64,000 nucleotides of DNA from Actinomycetota bacterium (GTDB lineage: Bacteria > Actinomycetota > Acidimicrobiia > Acidimicrobiales > Ilumatobacteraceae): assembly GCA_963169665.1 (NCBI GenBank), contig CAUJET010000134.1, positions 7,804-71,803 of the forward strand, in the 5' to 3' direction. Shown here in pieces: positions 16,813 through 25,604 of this stretch. The notes beneath the pieces are model-generated. The model searched no databases. It was not told the origin of the DNA and worked only from the letters and a program-made list of their open reading frames with translations. The position numbers were made by a program, and so were the translations under genes. Positions within the stretch are counted from its first letter, which is position 1, and each line of letters begins with the position of its first letter.

Positions 16813-17715
16813 ATGAACACCGCAGCGATCGATCACGGCCGGCACACGGCGTACACGGCACCCGGGCAGTACTCGGTGCTGCTCGAGGCGTTGCCCACCT
16901 CGCCGGAGGAGCTGTCGGCCGTCGCCCGCAACGTCGTCGTCCACTATCGGGCATCGGGCGAGGTGCTGCCCGAGGCCACCCGCGGCGAGGTGAACTCGCG
17001 ATGGGTCGCTGCCATGCTCGCCGCCGATCAGTCGCGGCACCCGACGCCGCTCGACACCACCCGAGCGATCACCGATCGGGTGCAGGGATGCTGCCGCGAC
17101 CACACGCTGCTGTGCGTCGCAGCATTGCGTCAGCACGGCATCCCGGCACGGTCGCGGGTCGGGTTCGCCGGCTACTACGTCGAGGGCTGGCACCACGACC
17201 ACGTGATCGTCGAGGCGTGGATCGACGGCCGGTGGCGACGCTTCGACTCCGAGGTCGAGGCCCCTCTCCCCGGCATGCCGCAGCCGATGGACCTCTCGTT
17301 CGACGTCGCCGGTGGCCGCGGGTTCGTCACGGCCGCGACGGCCTGGCTCGCACATCGGCGCGGCGAACTCGACGTGTCGAACCACGGTGTCGATCCGTCG
17401 CTGCCGCTGTTCGCCGGCGAGCGGTTCGTGTTCGACGAGGTCATCTACGAGATCGCGCACCGCTTCGGCGACGAGTTGCTCCTGTGGGACTCGTGGGGAC
17501 GGATCGGCGTTCCGGGCGAAGCCGTGACCGCCGAGGACGCCGCATGGCTCGACGAGGTGGCATCGATGCTCATCGCCGCGGACGCCGGTGACGTCGAGGT
17601 CGAGCGCCGCCTGTTCGCCCGCTACGCCGACGATCCCGGCCTGCGCCCCGGCCGCACCGTGATGCAGCACTCGCCCTTCGGCGACGACTCGATCGAGGTC
17701 GAGCTGCACCCCTGA
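16813..17715 (+). CDS. Transglutaminase-like cysteine peptidase domain protein
   Basis: 300 aa. QGCCRDHTLLCVAALRQHGIPARSRVGF...WHHDHVIVEAWIDGRWRRFDSE carries the Cys-His-Asp transglutaminase core. Confidence 0.85.
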   Translation: MNTAAIDHGRHTAYTAPGQYSVLLEALPTSPEELSAVARNVVVHYRASGEVLPEATRGEVNSRWVAAMLAADQSRHPTPLDTTRAITDRVQGCCRDHTLLCVAALRQHGIPARSRVGFAGYYVEGWHHDHVIVEAWIDGRWRRFDSEVEAPLPGMPQPMDLSFDVAGGRGFVTAATAWLAHRRGELDVSNHGVDPSLPLFAGERFVFDEVIYEIAHRFGDELLLWDSWGRIGVPGEAVTAEDAAWLDEVASMLIAADAGDVEVERRLFARYADDPGLRPGRTVMQHSPFGDDSIEVELHP

Positions 17716-17730
17716 CGCTCCCGACACCGG

Positions 17731-17750
17731 CTGGGTACGGCTGGGTACGG
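17731..17750. repeat. 10-bp tandem duplication (ctgggtacgg x2) between a stop codon and the next start
   Basis: Read directly; lies between the 17715 stop and the 17758 start. Confidence 0.7.
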
Positions 17751-17757
17751 TGGTCCG

Positions 17758-18594
17758 ATGGGTTGGTACGAGCCTCGACGCCCCAGGGCCGACCTCGCCT
17801 CCGTGCTCGCGTGCGCGTGGACCGCTCGGCCGACGGGACGCCACCGGCTGGTCCCCGACGCGTGCATGGACCTGCTGTGCATCTGGCGCGACCACGACCC
17901 GGTCGTCACACCCGACATCTGGCTCTGCGGACCCGAGCGGACGGCATGGACGTTCGAGCTCCCGCCCGTCGCCGTCGCCGTCGGCGTCCGGTTCCGACCG
18001 GGGTGCGCATCGCTCGCGTTCGAGGTCGACGCCTCGTCGATGCTCGACCGGCGTGTCCGCTTCGACGACGTGGTGGGCCTCGATGCCGCCGATCGGGTCC
18101 GCGCCGCCATCGCCGCCATCGCCGGGATCGACGGCCTCGACGAGCGGGCGTCGGCGTTCGAGGCGGCGCTGGCACCATGGCTGCGCGACGTCGATCGAGA
18201 CGAACTCGCCTTCGTCGACTCGATGACCGACCTCCTGGTCCGCTCCCCGCGCGTCGCGCAGTCGCACCTCGCGACGACGGCCGGCATCACACCGCGGCAC
18301 CTCCACCGCCGGCTGTTGCGAACCTTCGGGCACGGATCGGCGATGCTCGGACGGCAGCTCCGGTTCCAACGGTTCCTCGCCGTGCGCGAGCAGGCGTCCG
18401 ACGCCGCGACGTGGTCGCTCGCCGAACTGGCGGCCGCCGCCGGGTACGCCGACCAGGCGCACCTGTCGCGTGACTGTCGGGCGCTCACGGGCCTCACCGT
18501 CCGCAACTTCCTCGACCAGTGGTTCCCCACGTTCCCCGACATGTCCGATCCGTTCAAGACCGCGGCGCCGCTGGTCGCGACGATGGGTCGATGA
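17758..18594 (+). CDS. AraC-family transcriptional regulator
   Basis: 278 aa. C-terminal double HTH: LATTAGITPRHLHRRLLRTFG...LAELAAAAGYADQAHLSRDCRALTGLTVRNF. Confidence 0.85.
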   Translation: MGWYEPRRPRADLASVLACAWTARPTGRHRLVPDACMDLLCIWRDHDPVVTPDIWLCGPERTAWTFELPPVAVAVGVRFRPGCASLAFEVDASSMLDRRVRFDDVVGLDAADRVRAAIAAIAGIDGLDERASAFEAALAPWLRDVDRDELAFVDSMTDLLVRSPRVAQSHLATTAGITPRHLHRRLLRTFGHGSAMLGRQLRFQRFLAVREQASDAATWSLAELAAAAGYADQAHLSRDCRALTGLTVRNFLDQWFPTFPDMSDPFKTAAPLVATMGR

Positions 18595-19142
18595 CCCCCG
18601 CCGAACGCTTCCACCATCACGCCGACCGCTTCGACCGATTGATCGCCTCCGTCCCCGCCGATCGTTGGGACGCTCCATCGCCGTGCGACGGGTGGACGGC
18701 CCTCGACGTCGTCCGCCATGTCGTCGACACCGAACTCGACCTCCTCGGCAGGATGGAGTTCGAGCGGCCGGCGGTCGACGACCTCGAGCCACTCGACGCG
18801 TGGCCGCTCGTGCGGACCGCGATGGCAGCCGCGCTCGACGACCCGGCCTGCGCTGGCTTCGCCTACGACGGCTACTTCGGACCGACCACGTTCGGCGCGA
18901 CCGTCGACCAGTTCTACAGCTTCGACCTCGTGCTGCACCGCTGGGACATCGCCCGTGCCACCGGGCTGCGACAGCACGAGGAGATCGAGCCGAACGAGAT
19001 CGTGCGCATCCGCACCGACGCGGCCGGGTTCGGCGAGGCGATGCGCATGCCCGGCGTGATCGGCCCCGAGGTCCCTGCGCCGGCAGACGCGACCGACGAG
19101 GAACGATTGCTCGCCTGGTTGGGTCGCGACCCGCGCGCCTGA
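18591..19142 (+). CDS. DinB/MDMPI-like metal-binding protein (TIGR03086-like)
   Basis: ATG at 18591 overlaps the AraC TGA (ATGA). FHHHADRFDRLIASVPADRWDAPSPCDGWTALDVVRHVV is the mycothiol-maleylpyruvate-isomerase N-terminal domain pattern. Confidence 0.8.
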   Translation: MTPAERFHHHADRFDRLIASVPADRWDAPSPCDGWTALDVVRHVVDTELDLLGRMEFERPAVDDLEPLDAWPLVRTAMAAALDDPACAGFAYDGYFGPTTFGATVDQFYSFDLVLHRWDIARATGLRQHEEIEPNEIVRIRTDAAGFGEAMRMPGVIGPEVPAPADATDEERLLAWLGRDPRA

Positions 19143-19225
19143 CGACTCGATCGGGTCCGGCACTCCCCGAGTACCGTCGGGCCGCGGTCCTCGCAGGGGA
19201 AGGACCGCTTCTGGAGGGGATCCCG

Positions 19226-20458
19226 ATGACACCGTACGAAGCAGGACAGGTCTTCGTCACGCCGGCCGCATACGCCGACCCGGCACTGTTCCACGAGGCA
19301 TGCGCGGTGCTTCGCCGGGAGGATCCGATCCATCTCGTCGAGCATCCCGACTTCGCACCGTTCCACGTGATCACCAAGCACGCCGACGTGCTGGAGATCG
19401 AACTCCACAACAAGGAGTGGGAGAACGCGCCACGACCGGTGATCTCGAACCTCGAGGCCGACCGCATGCGCGAGCAGCAGGGCGACCTGCTGCGCACCCT
19501 CATCCACATGGACGACCCCGATCACCGCACGTACCGCGGGCTCGCGGCCGAGTGGTTCCTGCCGAAGAACCTGGCCAAACTCGAGGGCCGCTTGGCCGAG
19601 CTCGCGTCGTTGTCGGCGGTCCGCATGGCCGAACTCGGCGGCCACTGCGACTTCGCCCGCGACATCGCGATGCAGTACCCGCTGCAGGTGATCCTGTCGA
19701 TCCTCGGTCTGCCCGAGACCGACTACTCGCGCATGCTCAAGCTCACGCAGGAGCTGTTCGGATCGGCCGACCCCGAACTGTCGCGCGGCGTGTCGATGGA
19801 CGATCTCGTCGCGGTGATCCAGGACTTCTTCGCCTACTTCACCGAACTCACCGAGGCCCGCAAGGCGGCACCCACGGAGGACCTCGCGTCGGTGATCGCG
19901 AACGCATCGGTCGACGGCGTGCCGATCGGACTCATGGAGCAGATCTCGTACTACGTGATCGTCGCGACGGCCGGCCACGACACCACTGCGTCGGCGATGG
20001 CGGGCGGCATGCAGGCGCTGATCGAGCGGCCCGACCAGCTCGCACGGCTGCAGGCAGATCCATCGCTCATCGGCAGCGCCGTCGACGAGATCATCCGTTG
20101 GGTCACGCCGGTGAAGCACTTCATGCGCAACTGCACCACCGAGTACACCCTGCGCGGCCACACGTTCCGCCCCGGCGACGCCGTGCTGCTGTCGTACCCG
20201 TCGGCCAATCGCGACGAGGAGGTGTTCGTCGACCCGATGACCTTCGACGTCGGCCGCAGCCCCAACAAGCACCTCGCGTTCGGATTCGGCGTGCACTACT
20301 GCCTCGGGGCGATGCTCGCCCGGATGGAGATCAAGGCGTTGCTCACCGAGCTCCTCCCCCGCCTCCGGTCGATCGAGCTCGCCGGCGAACCGGCCGAGAT
20401 GCAGACGCTGTTCGTCGGTGGCCTGAAGCGGCTGCCGGTCGCGTACGAACTCGTCTGA
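19226..20458 (+). CDS. Cytochrome P450
   Basis: Track ORF trimmed to the ATG at 19226 (GGAGGGGA Shine-Dalgarno 7 nt upstream). I-helix ATAGHDTTAS, ExxR DEIIRW, heme loop FGFGVHYCLG. Confidence 0.95.
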   Translation: MTPYEAGQVFVTPAAYADPALFHEACAVLRREDPIHLVEHPDFAPFHVITKHADVLEIELHNKEWENAPRPVISNLEADRMREQQGDLLRTLIHMDDPDHRTYRGLAAEWFLPKNLAKLEGRLAELASLSAVRMAELGGHCDFARDIAMQYPLQVILSILGLPETDYSRMLKLTQELFGSADPELSRGVSMDDLVAVIQDFFAYFTELTEARKAAPTEDLASVIANASVDGVPIGLMEQISYYVIVATAGHDTTASAMAGGMQALIERPDQLARLQADPSLIGSAVDEIIRWVTPVKHFMRNCTTEYTLRGHTFRPGDAVLLSYPSANRDEEVFVDPMTFDVGRSPNKHLAFGFGVHYCLGAMLARMEIKALLTELLPRLRSIELAGEPAEMQTLFVGGLKRLPVAYELV

Positions 20459-20465
20459 CGCCGTT

Positions 20466-21092
20466 TCAGCTGCTGCGGCGCGTCAGCTCCACGCGCACCG
20501 CTGCGGGCGTCGCCGGAACGCCGCCCCGACCGATCTCGTGCAGACCGACGGCGATCGCGGCGCGCTGTGACGCCCTCGACGGCAACCGATCACCCGGGTA
20601 GCACGCGGGGTCGTCCAGCACCGCCGCGACCGACCGCAGCGCGACGAGGACCGCAGTGTCGTCGGCCGTCTCCGGTTCGAACCGCCAACGGCGGACCTGT
20701 CGGACGATCGCCGGCTGATCGCGGTCGGGTTCGACCCCGGTGGCCAGGAACATCCGACAGTCGTACACGCGACACGCCCGCGGGCGGTGCGCGTAGATCG
20801 TGCACCCTCGCTCGCCGAGCATCGGGCACCGGCCGCGGTCGTCGTACCCGAGCACGACATGGCCGGCCGGCAGACCCGGCGCCGGGAAGCGGACCTCCTC
20901 GGGGATGTGGGCGAGGGCGGCGTGCTCATCGGGCTCCACGTGCACGAACTGACGCGATGAACAGCACGCGACGCACTCGCCACACGGCACATCCGTCTCA
21001 CCCTCGCCTCGGAGCGCCGCGACCATCTGCTCGAGCCAGGGCGCGACACGACCCGCTGAGAGGATCGAGTCGTCCGCCGCTGCGCTCACCAC
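20466..21092 (-). CDS. YkgJ-family (UPF0153) cysteine-cluster protein
   Basis: CGECVACCSS...CPML....GCTIYAHRPRACRVYDC is the CxxCxxCC Fe/Zn-chelating signature. The GTG start is 1 nt after the upstream QOR stop. Confidence 0.85.
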   Translation of the reverse strand: MVSAAADDSILSAGRVAPWLEQMVAALRGEGETDVPCGECVACCSSRQFVHVEPDEHAALAHIPEEVRFPAPGLPAGHVVLGYDDRGRCPMLGERGCTIYAHRPRACRVYDCRMFLATGVEPDRDQPAIVRQVRRWRFEPETADDTAVLVALRSVAAVLDDPACYPGDRLPSRASQRAAIAVGLHEIGRGGVPATPAAVRVELTRRSS

Positions 21093-21093
21093 A

Positions 21094-22083
21094 TCACGGG
21101 ACGAGGACGGTCTTGCCGACGATCTTGCGATCCAGCTGGTCCTGCAACGCCTGCGCGGCCTGGTCGAGCGGATACGCGATCGGCTCGACCGGGGAGAGCC
21201 GCCCGTCGCCGATCGCCACGACGATGTCGGCCAGCATCTCGTTGTTCTCCTGCTGGTGGCGCCCGACCCACGCGCCCCAGTCGACGCCGGTGACCCGGCG
21301 ATTGCGCAGCAGCACCTGGTTGGCGGGCAGCTGCGGGATCGCGCCCGAGGCGAAGCCGATCACCAGGAACTGGCCGTCCTCGCGCAGCGCCCTCACCGCT
21401 TGCTCGCCCTGCACGCCGCCGATCGGGTCGTAGACGAGGTCGACACCGGTGCCGTCGCCGGTGAGCTCCTGGGCGAGTTCCTTCGCGCGCGTCTTGACGT
21501 CCTCGCTGCTCGAGTCGATCACGGCCGCAGCACCGCGAGCCGTGGCCGCAGCCCGCTTGTCGGCCGACGAGGCCGCGGCGATCACCGTCAGGCCGAGCGA
21601 CCTGCCGACGTCGACCGCGGCGAGGCCCACGCCGCCACCGGCGCCCAGGACGAGCATCGACTGGCCGGCCGCCGCGCGTGCCCGCTTCACCAGCGCGAAC
21701 CACGCGGTGGAGTAGCTCTGGGTGAACGTCGCCGCCTGCCCGTCGCTCATCGACGCGGGGGTGGGCACCGCACGCTTGGCGGGCACGGCGACCTCGCTGG
21801 CGTAGCCGCCGAGCCCGACGTTGGTGAACACCCGCTGGCCGACCTGCAACGTCGTGACCGAGCTGCCGATCTCGCTGATCACGCCGGCGACCTCGTTGCC
21901 CGGCACGAACGGGAGCGGCGGCTTGATCTGGTACAGGCCCTGCACGAACAGGGCGTCGACGAAGTTCACACCGGCCGCCGTCACGGCGATCCGGACGTCG
22001 TCAGGGCCGAGCGGCCACGGATCGCGCTCCTCGATCGCGAGATCGGTGAGGGGACCGAAGCTGTTGCACGAAACCACCCGCAT
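21094..22083 (-). CDS. NADPH:quinone oxidoreductase (medium-chain dehydrogenase/reductase family)
   Basis: 329 aa. VRIAVTAAGVNFVDALFVQGLYQ...PFVPGNEVAGVI and the Rossmann motif LVLGAGGGVGLAAV. Confidence 0.9.
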   Translation of the reverse strand: MRVVSCNSFGPLTDLAIEERDPWPLGPDDVRIAVTAAGVNFVDALFVQGLYQIKPPLPFVPGNEVAGVISEIGSSVTTLQVGQRVFTNVGLGGYASEVAVPAKRAVPTPASMSDGQAATFTQSYSTAWFALVKRARAAAGQSMLVLGAGGGVGLAAVDVGRSLGLTVIAAASSADKRAAATARGAAAVIDSSSEDVKTRAKELAQELTGDGTGVDLVYDPIGGVQGEQAVRALREDGQFLVIGFASGAIPQLPANQVLLRNRRVTGVDWGAWVGRHQQENNEMLADIVVAIGDGRLSPVEPIAYPLDQAAQALQDQLDRKIVGKTVLVP

Positions 22084-22115
22084 GTCGATCGACCGTAGTG
22101 CGATGCTGGTGCGCG

Positions 22116-22739
22116 ATGCGCCTCGAACCCTTTGCTCTGCGCGGCAGGCACGTCCTGCTCGAACCCCTCGAACGCCACCACGCCGGCGATCTGCTCGCCG
22201 CTGCAGCGGATCGCTCCACCTTCGGGTTCACGCTCGTCCCGAGTGACCTCGGGTCGATGACCGCCTATGTCGACGGCCTCCTCGGGGATGCCGCGCACGA
22301 CGCAGCGGTCCCGTTCGTGCAGCGACGCGTGGCCGACGGCGCCGTGGTCGGCTGCACCCGCTTCCTCAACATCGTCTGGTGGTCCGGCCGGGACACGCCC
22401 GTCGAGGTCGAGATCGGCGGCACCTGGCTGTCCACCGACGCCCAGCGGAGCGCCGTCAACAGCGAGGCCAAGCTCCTCCTGCTCGGTCACGCCTTCGACG
22501 TGTGGGACGTCGCGCGGGTCGCGATCTGCACCGATGCCCGCAACGAGCGAAGCCGGCGGGCGATCGAACGGCTCGGCGCAACGTTCGAGGGCGTCCTGCG
22601 CAACCACCGCCCGGCGGCCGGAGCCGAGTCGGTGCCGGGCACGTCCCGCGACACCGCCGCCTACTCCGTCATCCCGGCCGAGTGGCCGACGCTCCGCGAC
22701 CGGCTCCGCTCGTCGCTCGAACCAGGAGATGCCCGATGA
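22116..22739 (+). CDS. GNAT-family N-acetyltransferase (RimJ/RimL-like)
   Basis: ATG at 22116. LEPFALRGRHVLLEPLERHHAGDL...NERSRRAIERLGATFEGVLR is a GNAT motif A region. Confidence 0.85.
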   Translation: MRLEPFALRGRHVLLEPLERHHAGDLLAAAADRSTFGFTLVPSDLGSMTAYVDGLLGDAAHDAAVPFVQRRVADGAVVGCTRFLNIVWWSGRDTPVEVEIGGTWLSTDAQRSAVNSEAKLLLLGHAFDVWDVARVAICTDARNERSRRAIERLGATFEGVLRNHRPAAGAESVPGTSRDTAAYSVIPAEWPTLRDRLRSSLEPGDAR

Positions 22740-23482
22740 TCGATCGACCCGTGATGATCGTGACCGGCGCCGCCCGCGGCATCGGCGCGGCGATCGCCCG
22801 TGCTGCCGCCCCCCGCTACGACCTCGTGCTGAACCACGTGACGCCGGGCGACCACGTGGCCTCGCTCGCCGACGATCTGCGCGCCGCCGGCGCGACGGTG
22901 CTCGTGCAGCGCGCCGACGTCGGCGACGAGACGTCGATCGTGGAGATGTTCCGCGCGTGCGACGAGCACTTCGGTCGGCTCGACGTCCTGGTGAACAACG
23001 CCGGGATCGCCGGCGGGTACGGCTCGATCGACACCGTCACTTCGTCGATGCTCACCGGGCTCTGGGCCGTGAACGTGACGGGCGCCTTCATCTGCGCACG
23101 CGAAGCGGTGTCCCGACTCGCCACCGACCGCGGAGGCCGCGGCGGATCGATCGTGAACGTGTCGTCGCGCGCCGCCGTGCTCGGGGGATCCGGTGAGTGG
23201 GTGCACTACGCGGCATCGAAGGGCGCCCTCGACACGATGACCGTCGGGCTCGCCCGAGAACTCGCGACCGTCGGCATCCGTGTGAACGGTGTCCGTCCGG
23301 GCCTGATCGAGAGCGACTTCCATGACCACGCCCCGCCCGGGCGACTCGAACGGATGGCGCCGACGGTGCCGATGGCCCGCTCGGGAACCGCCGACGAGGT
23401 GGCGGGGGCCGTGCTGTGGCTCGCATCGGCCGAGGCGAGCTACGTGACCGGCACGTTCATCGACGTGAGCGGCGGCCGCTGA
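22736..23482 (+). CDS. SDR-family oxidoreductase
   Basis: ATG at 22736 overlaps the GNAT TGA (ATGA). TGAARGIGAAIA, NNAGI, and the catalytic YAASKGAL motif. Confidence 0.92.
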   Translation: MIDRPVMIVTGAARGIGAAIARAAAPRYDLVLNHVTPGDHVASLADDLRAAGATVLVQRADVGDETSIVEMFRACDEHFGRLDVLVNNAGIAGGYGSIDTVTSSMLTGLWAVNVTGAFICAREAVSRLATDRGGRGGSIVNVSSRAAVLGGSGEWVHYAASKGALDTMTVGLARELATVGIRVNGVRPGLIESDFHDHAPPGRLERMAPTVPMARSGTADEVAGAVLWLASAEASYVTGTFIDVSGGR

Positions 23483-23587
23483 CCCGACCACCGCGCATCC
23501 GGCCAGCGCCCGACTGGCACGAACCGGGTGTTCACCGGACAGTCACGGGTGATGACCTCCCTCCGCCGCGTCGACAAGTAGGTTCGC

Positions 23588-24180
23588 ATGCACATGCGGG
23601 CCGTCGTGATCGTCGCCAACCCCAACCCCACCAGCTTCAGCCATGCGATCGCCGCTCGGGTGCAGCTCGGTCTGGAGTCGTCGGGTCATCAGGTCACCGT
23701 GCACGACCTGTACGCCGAGGGGTTCCGTGCGGCGATGACCGCCGAGGAGCGCGAGGCATACCACGGCAACCTGCCGGTGGTCGACCCACTGGTCTCGGAG
23801 CACATCGCCGACCTGCAGGCTGCACACACGCTGGTCTTCGTCTACCCCACCTGGTGGAGCTCGGTGCCGGCGATCCTCAAGGGGTGGTTCGAGCGGGTGA
23901 TGGTGCCCGGCTGGGGTTCGTGTTCAACGAGCAGAACAAGGTGCGCCCGGGGCTCACCAACGTGCAACGCCTGGTGGGCATCACCACCTACGGCTCCCCG
24001 TGGCGCTACATCAAGACCATCAACGACAACGGCCGTCGCACGATCAAACGCGCCCTCCGCCTCAGCACCGGCTGGGGCACCCGCAGTCGATGGCTGCCGC
24101 TCTACGGGATGGACACCCTCAGCGCCGCGAAGCGCGAGCGGTTCCTCGACAAGGTCGAGAAGGTGGCGCGGTCGCTGTGA
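23588..24180 (+). pseudogene. NAD(P)H dehydrogenase (quinone)/flavodoxin-like-fold protein, interrupted by a 1-nt frameshift near 23909-23912
   Basis: Frame 1 reads MRAVVIVANPNPTSFSHAI...VFVYPTWWSSVPAILKGWFERVMVPG and then turns to nonsense. Another frame continues LGFVFNEQNKVRPGL...GITTYGSPW...FLDKVEKVARSL to the TGA at 24180. The joined product is colinear with the intact paralog downstream. Confidence 0.7.
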
Positions 24181-24776
24181 AGAGTTACGTCGTGTTCTGC
24201 CACCCCACCCACGACTCGTTCATCGGGTCCGCGCTCGAGCGTGTGCTCGCCGGTCTCGAACGAGCGGGTCACGAGGTCCGCGTCAGCGACCTCTACGCCG
24301 AGGGTTTCCGCCCCGAACTCGACGAGCACGACCGCAAGGTGCATCTCGTCGACCACCGGCAGCAGCCCGAGCTGCGACCCGACATCGCCCGCTACGTCGA
24401 GAACCTCCGCTGGTGCGACACGCTGATCATGGTCTACCCGACCTGGTGGGCCGGCCAGCCCGCCATGTTGAAGGGGTGGTTCGACCGCGTCTGGGTGATG
24501 GGCGTCGCGTGGGACCTCCCGGAGGGCACCAACCGGATCCGTCCGCTGTTGCGCAACATCCACTCGCTCGTCGCCGTCACCAGCCACGGGTCGTCGAAGT
24601 GGGTCAACGCGATCGAAGGTGAGACCGGCAAGCGGACGATGACGCGAGCCCTCCGGTTCGCGTGCAACGTGCGATGCCGCACCCATTGGATCGCGTTCTA
24701 CACGATCGACCGTGCCAGCCACGCCGCCCGGGTGGCGTTCCTCGACCGGGTCGAGCGCCGCATGGCCAAGCTCTGA
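24177..24776 (+). CDS. NAD(P)H dehydrogenase (quinone)/flavodoxin-like-fold protein (intact paralog)
   Basis: GTG at 24177 overlaps the upstream TGA (GTGA). VKSYVVFCHPTHDSF...LIMVYPTWWAGQPAMLKGWFDRV...AVTSHGSSKW. Confidence 0.88.
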   Translation: MKSYVVFCHPTHDSFIGSALERVLAGLERAGHEVRVSDLYAEGFRPELDEHDRKVHLVDHRQQPELRPDIARYVENLRWCDTLIMVYPTWWAGQPAMLKGWFDRVWVMGVAWDLPEGTNRIRPLLRNIHSLVAVTSHGSSKWVNAIEGETGKRTMTRALRFACNVRCRTHWIAFYTIDRASHAARVAFLDRVERRMAKL

Positions 24777-24800
24777 CCAGCTCTGACCAGCTCCGACCAG
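24771..24800. repeat. 10-bp tandem repeat x3 (ctctgaccag ctctgaccag ctccgaccag) spanning a stop codon
   Basis: The first unit contains the TGA of the NQO-like gene. Confidence 0.75.
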
Positions 24801-24833
24801 CCCGCTCCGGCACGGATCGGGCCGGCATCGGAA

Positions 24834-25604
24834 TCAGGCCGGCGCCACCGTGCCGGCATAGGCCCCGTCGGGGTTGCCGTTCGACACCACGCCGCCGGCG
24901 GGCTCGATCGTCACGACGAGCTGCGACACCGCCTCGCCGCCGGCGCTGAACATCTCGATCTCCGGGTTCGCACCCAGCACGCCGAGCGAGATGACCTGCT
25001 CGCCGATCACACCCCACAGCTGGTACGTCTGGTCCGACGCCAGGGTCGGCAGAGCCTCGCCGATGAGGTAGCCGTGACCGTCCTGGTCGATGATCACCTC
25101 GGCACCCACCACGCCGTCGGCGTTGGCGAGCTCGGCGAACTGCGAGTCGCGATCGGCCCGGGCATCGGAGACGGCGGCCGCCAACGGCTGCTGATCGGTG
25201 TCGTCACCGGCGATCACCGTGACCGCCACGACGGCGACGATCGCGGCCGCGGCCGATGCGGCGACCCACGATCCGGCCGTGCGCCAACGACGGGATGCGG
25301 CACGCGACGCCGATCGCGCCCGGCGGTCGTCGTCGAGGGCCATGACCGATGCGAGCTGGCCCGTCGGGCGAGGTGCCTCACCGGAGCTCTCCAGGTTGGC
25401 GGCGATGCGGTCCCACAGACCGTCGGGTGCTGCCATGCCCGACCAGGCGAGCATGGTGGCGACCTCACGGTGCTCGGCGACCTCTTGCCGCGCACGAGGG
25501 CTGATGAGGAGGTACTGCTCGACGGCACGACGCTCCTCGTCGCTCACCGCGTCGAGCGCATACGCGCCCAACAGTTCGTCGAGTTCGAGTTCTTCAGCGC
25601 TCAT
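24834..25604 (-). CDS. Anti-sigma factor, RskA (anti-sigma-K) type
   Basis: 256 aa. N-terminal LLGAYALDAVSDEERRAVEQYL, a central TM helix (WVAASAAAAIVAVVAVTVI), and C-terminal YQLWGV...VVTIEPAGG (RskA domain). The ATG overlaps the sigma gene stop (ATGA). Confidence 0.85.
   Translation of the reverse strand: MSAEELELDELLGAYALDAVSDEERRAVEQYLLISPRARQEVAEHREVATMLAWSGMAAPDGLWDRIAANLESSGEAPRPTGQLASVMALDDDRRARSASRAASRRWRTAGSWVAASAAAAIVAVVAVTVIAGDDTDQQPLAAAVSDARADRDSQFAELANADGVVGAEVIIDQDGHGYLIGEALPTLASDQTYQLWGVIGEQVISLGVLGANPEIEMFSAGGEAVSQLVVTIEPAGGVVSNGNPDGAYAGTVAPA

Noticed and set aside
14479-19509. 1676-aa minus-strand ORF, the longest in the window
   Set aside because: Apart from the last 199 codons (the XRE-cupin regulator), it runs antisense to five plus-strand genes with clear family motifs (TrxR-methyltransferase fusion, transglutaminase-like, AraC, DinB-like, start of the P450). 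Its translation is Arg/Gly/Pro/Ala-rich low-complexity sequence, typical of a stop-free antisense frame in ~70% GC DNA.
23588-24622. 344-aa ORF in the first frame of the NQO-like gene, taken as a single long protein
   Set aside because: After residue ~108 the translation loses all similarity to the paralog and becomes Arg/Pro/Ser-rich. It also runs over the intact downstream paralog out of frame. A frameshifted gene ending at 24180 explains the data better.
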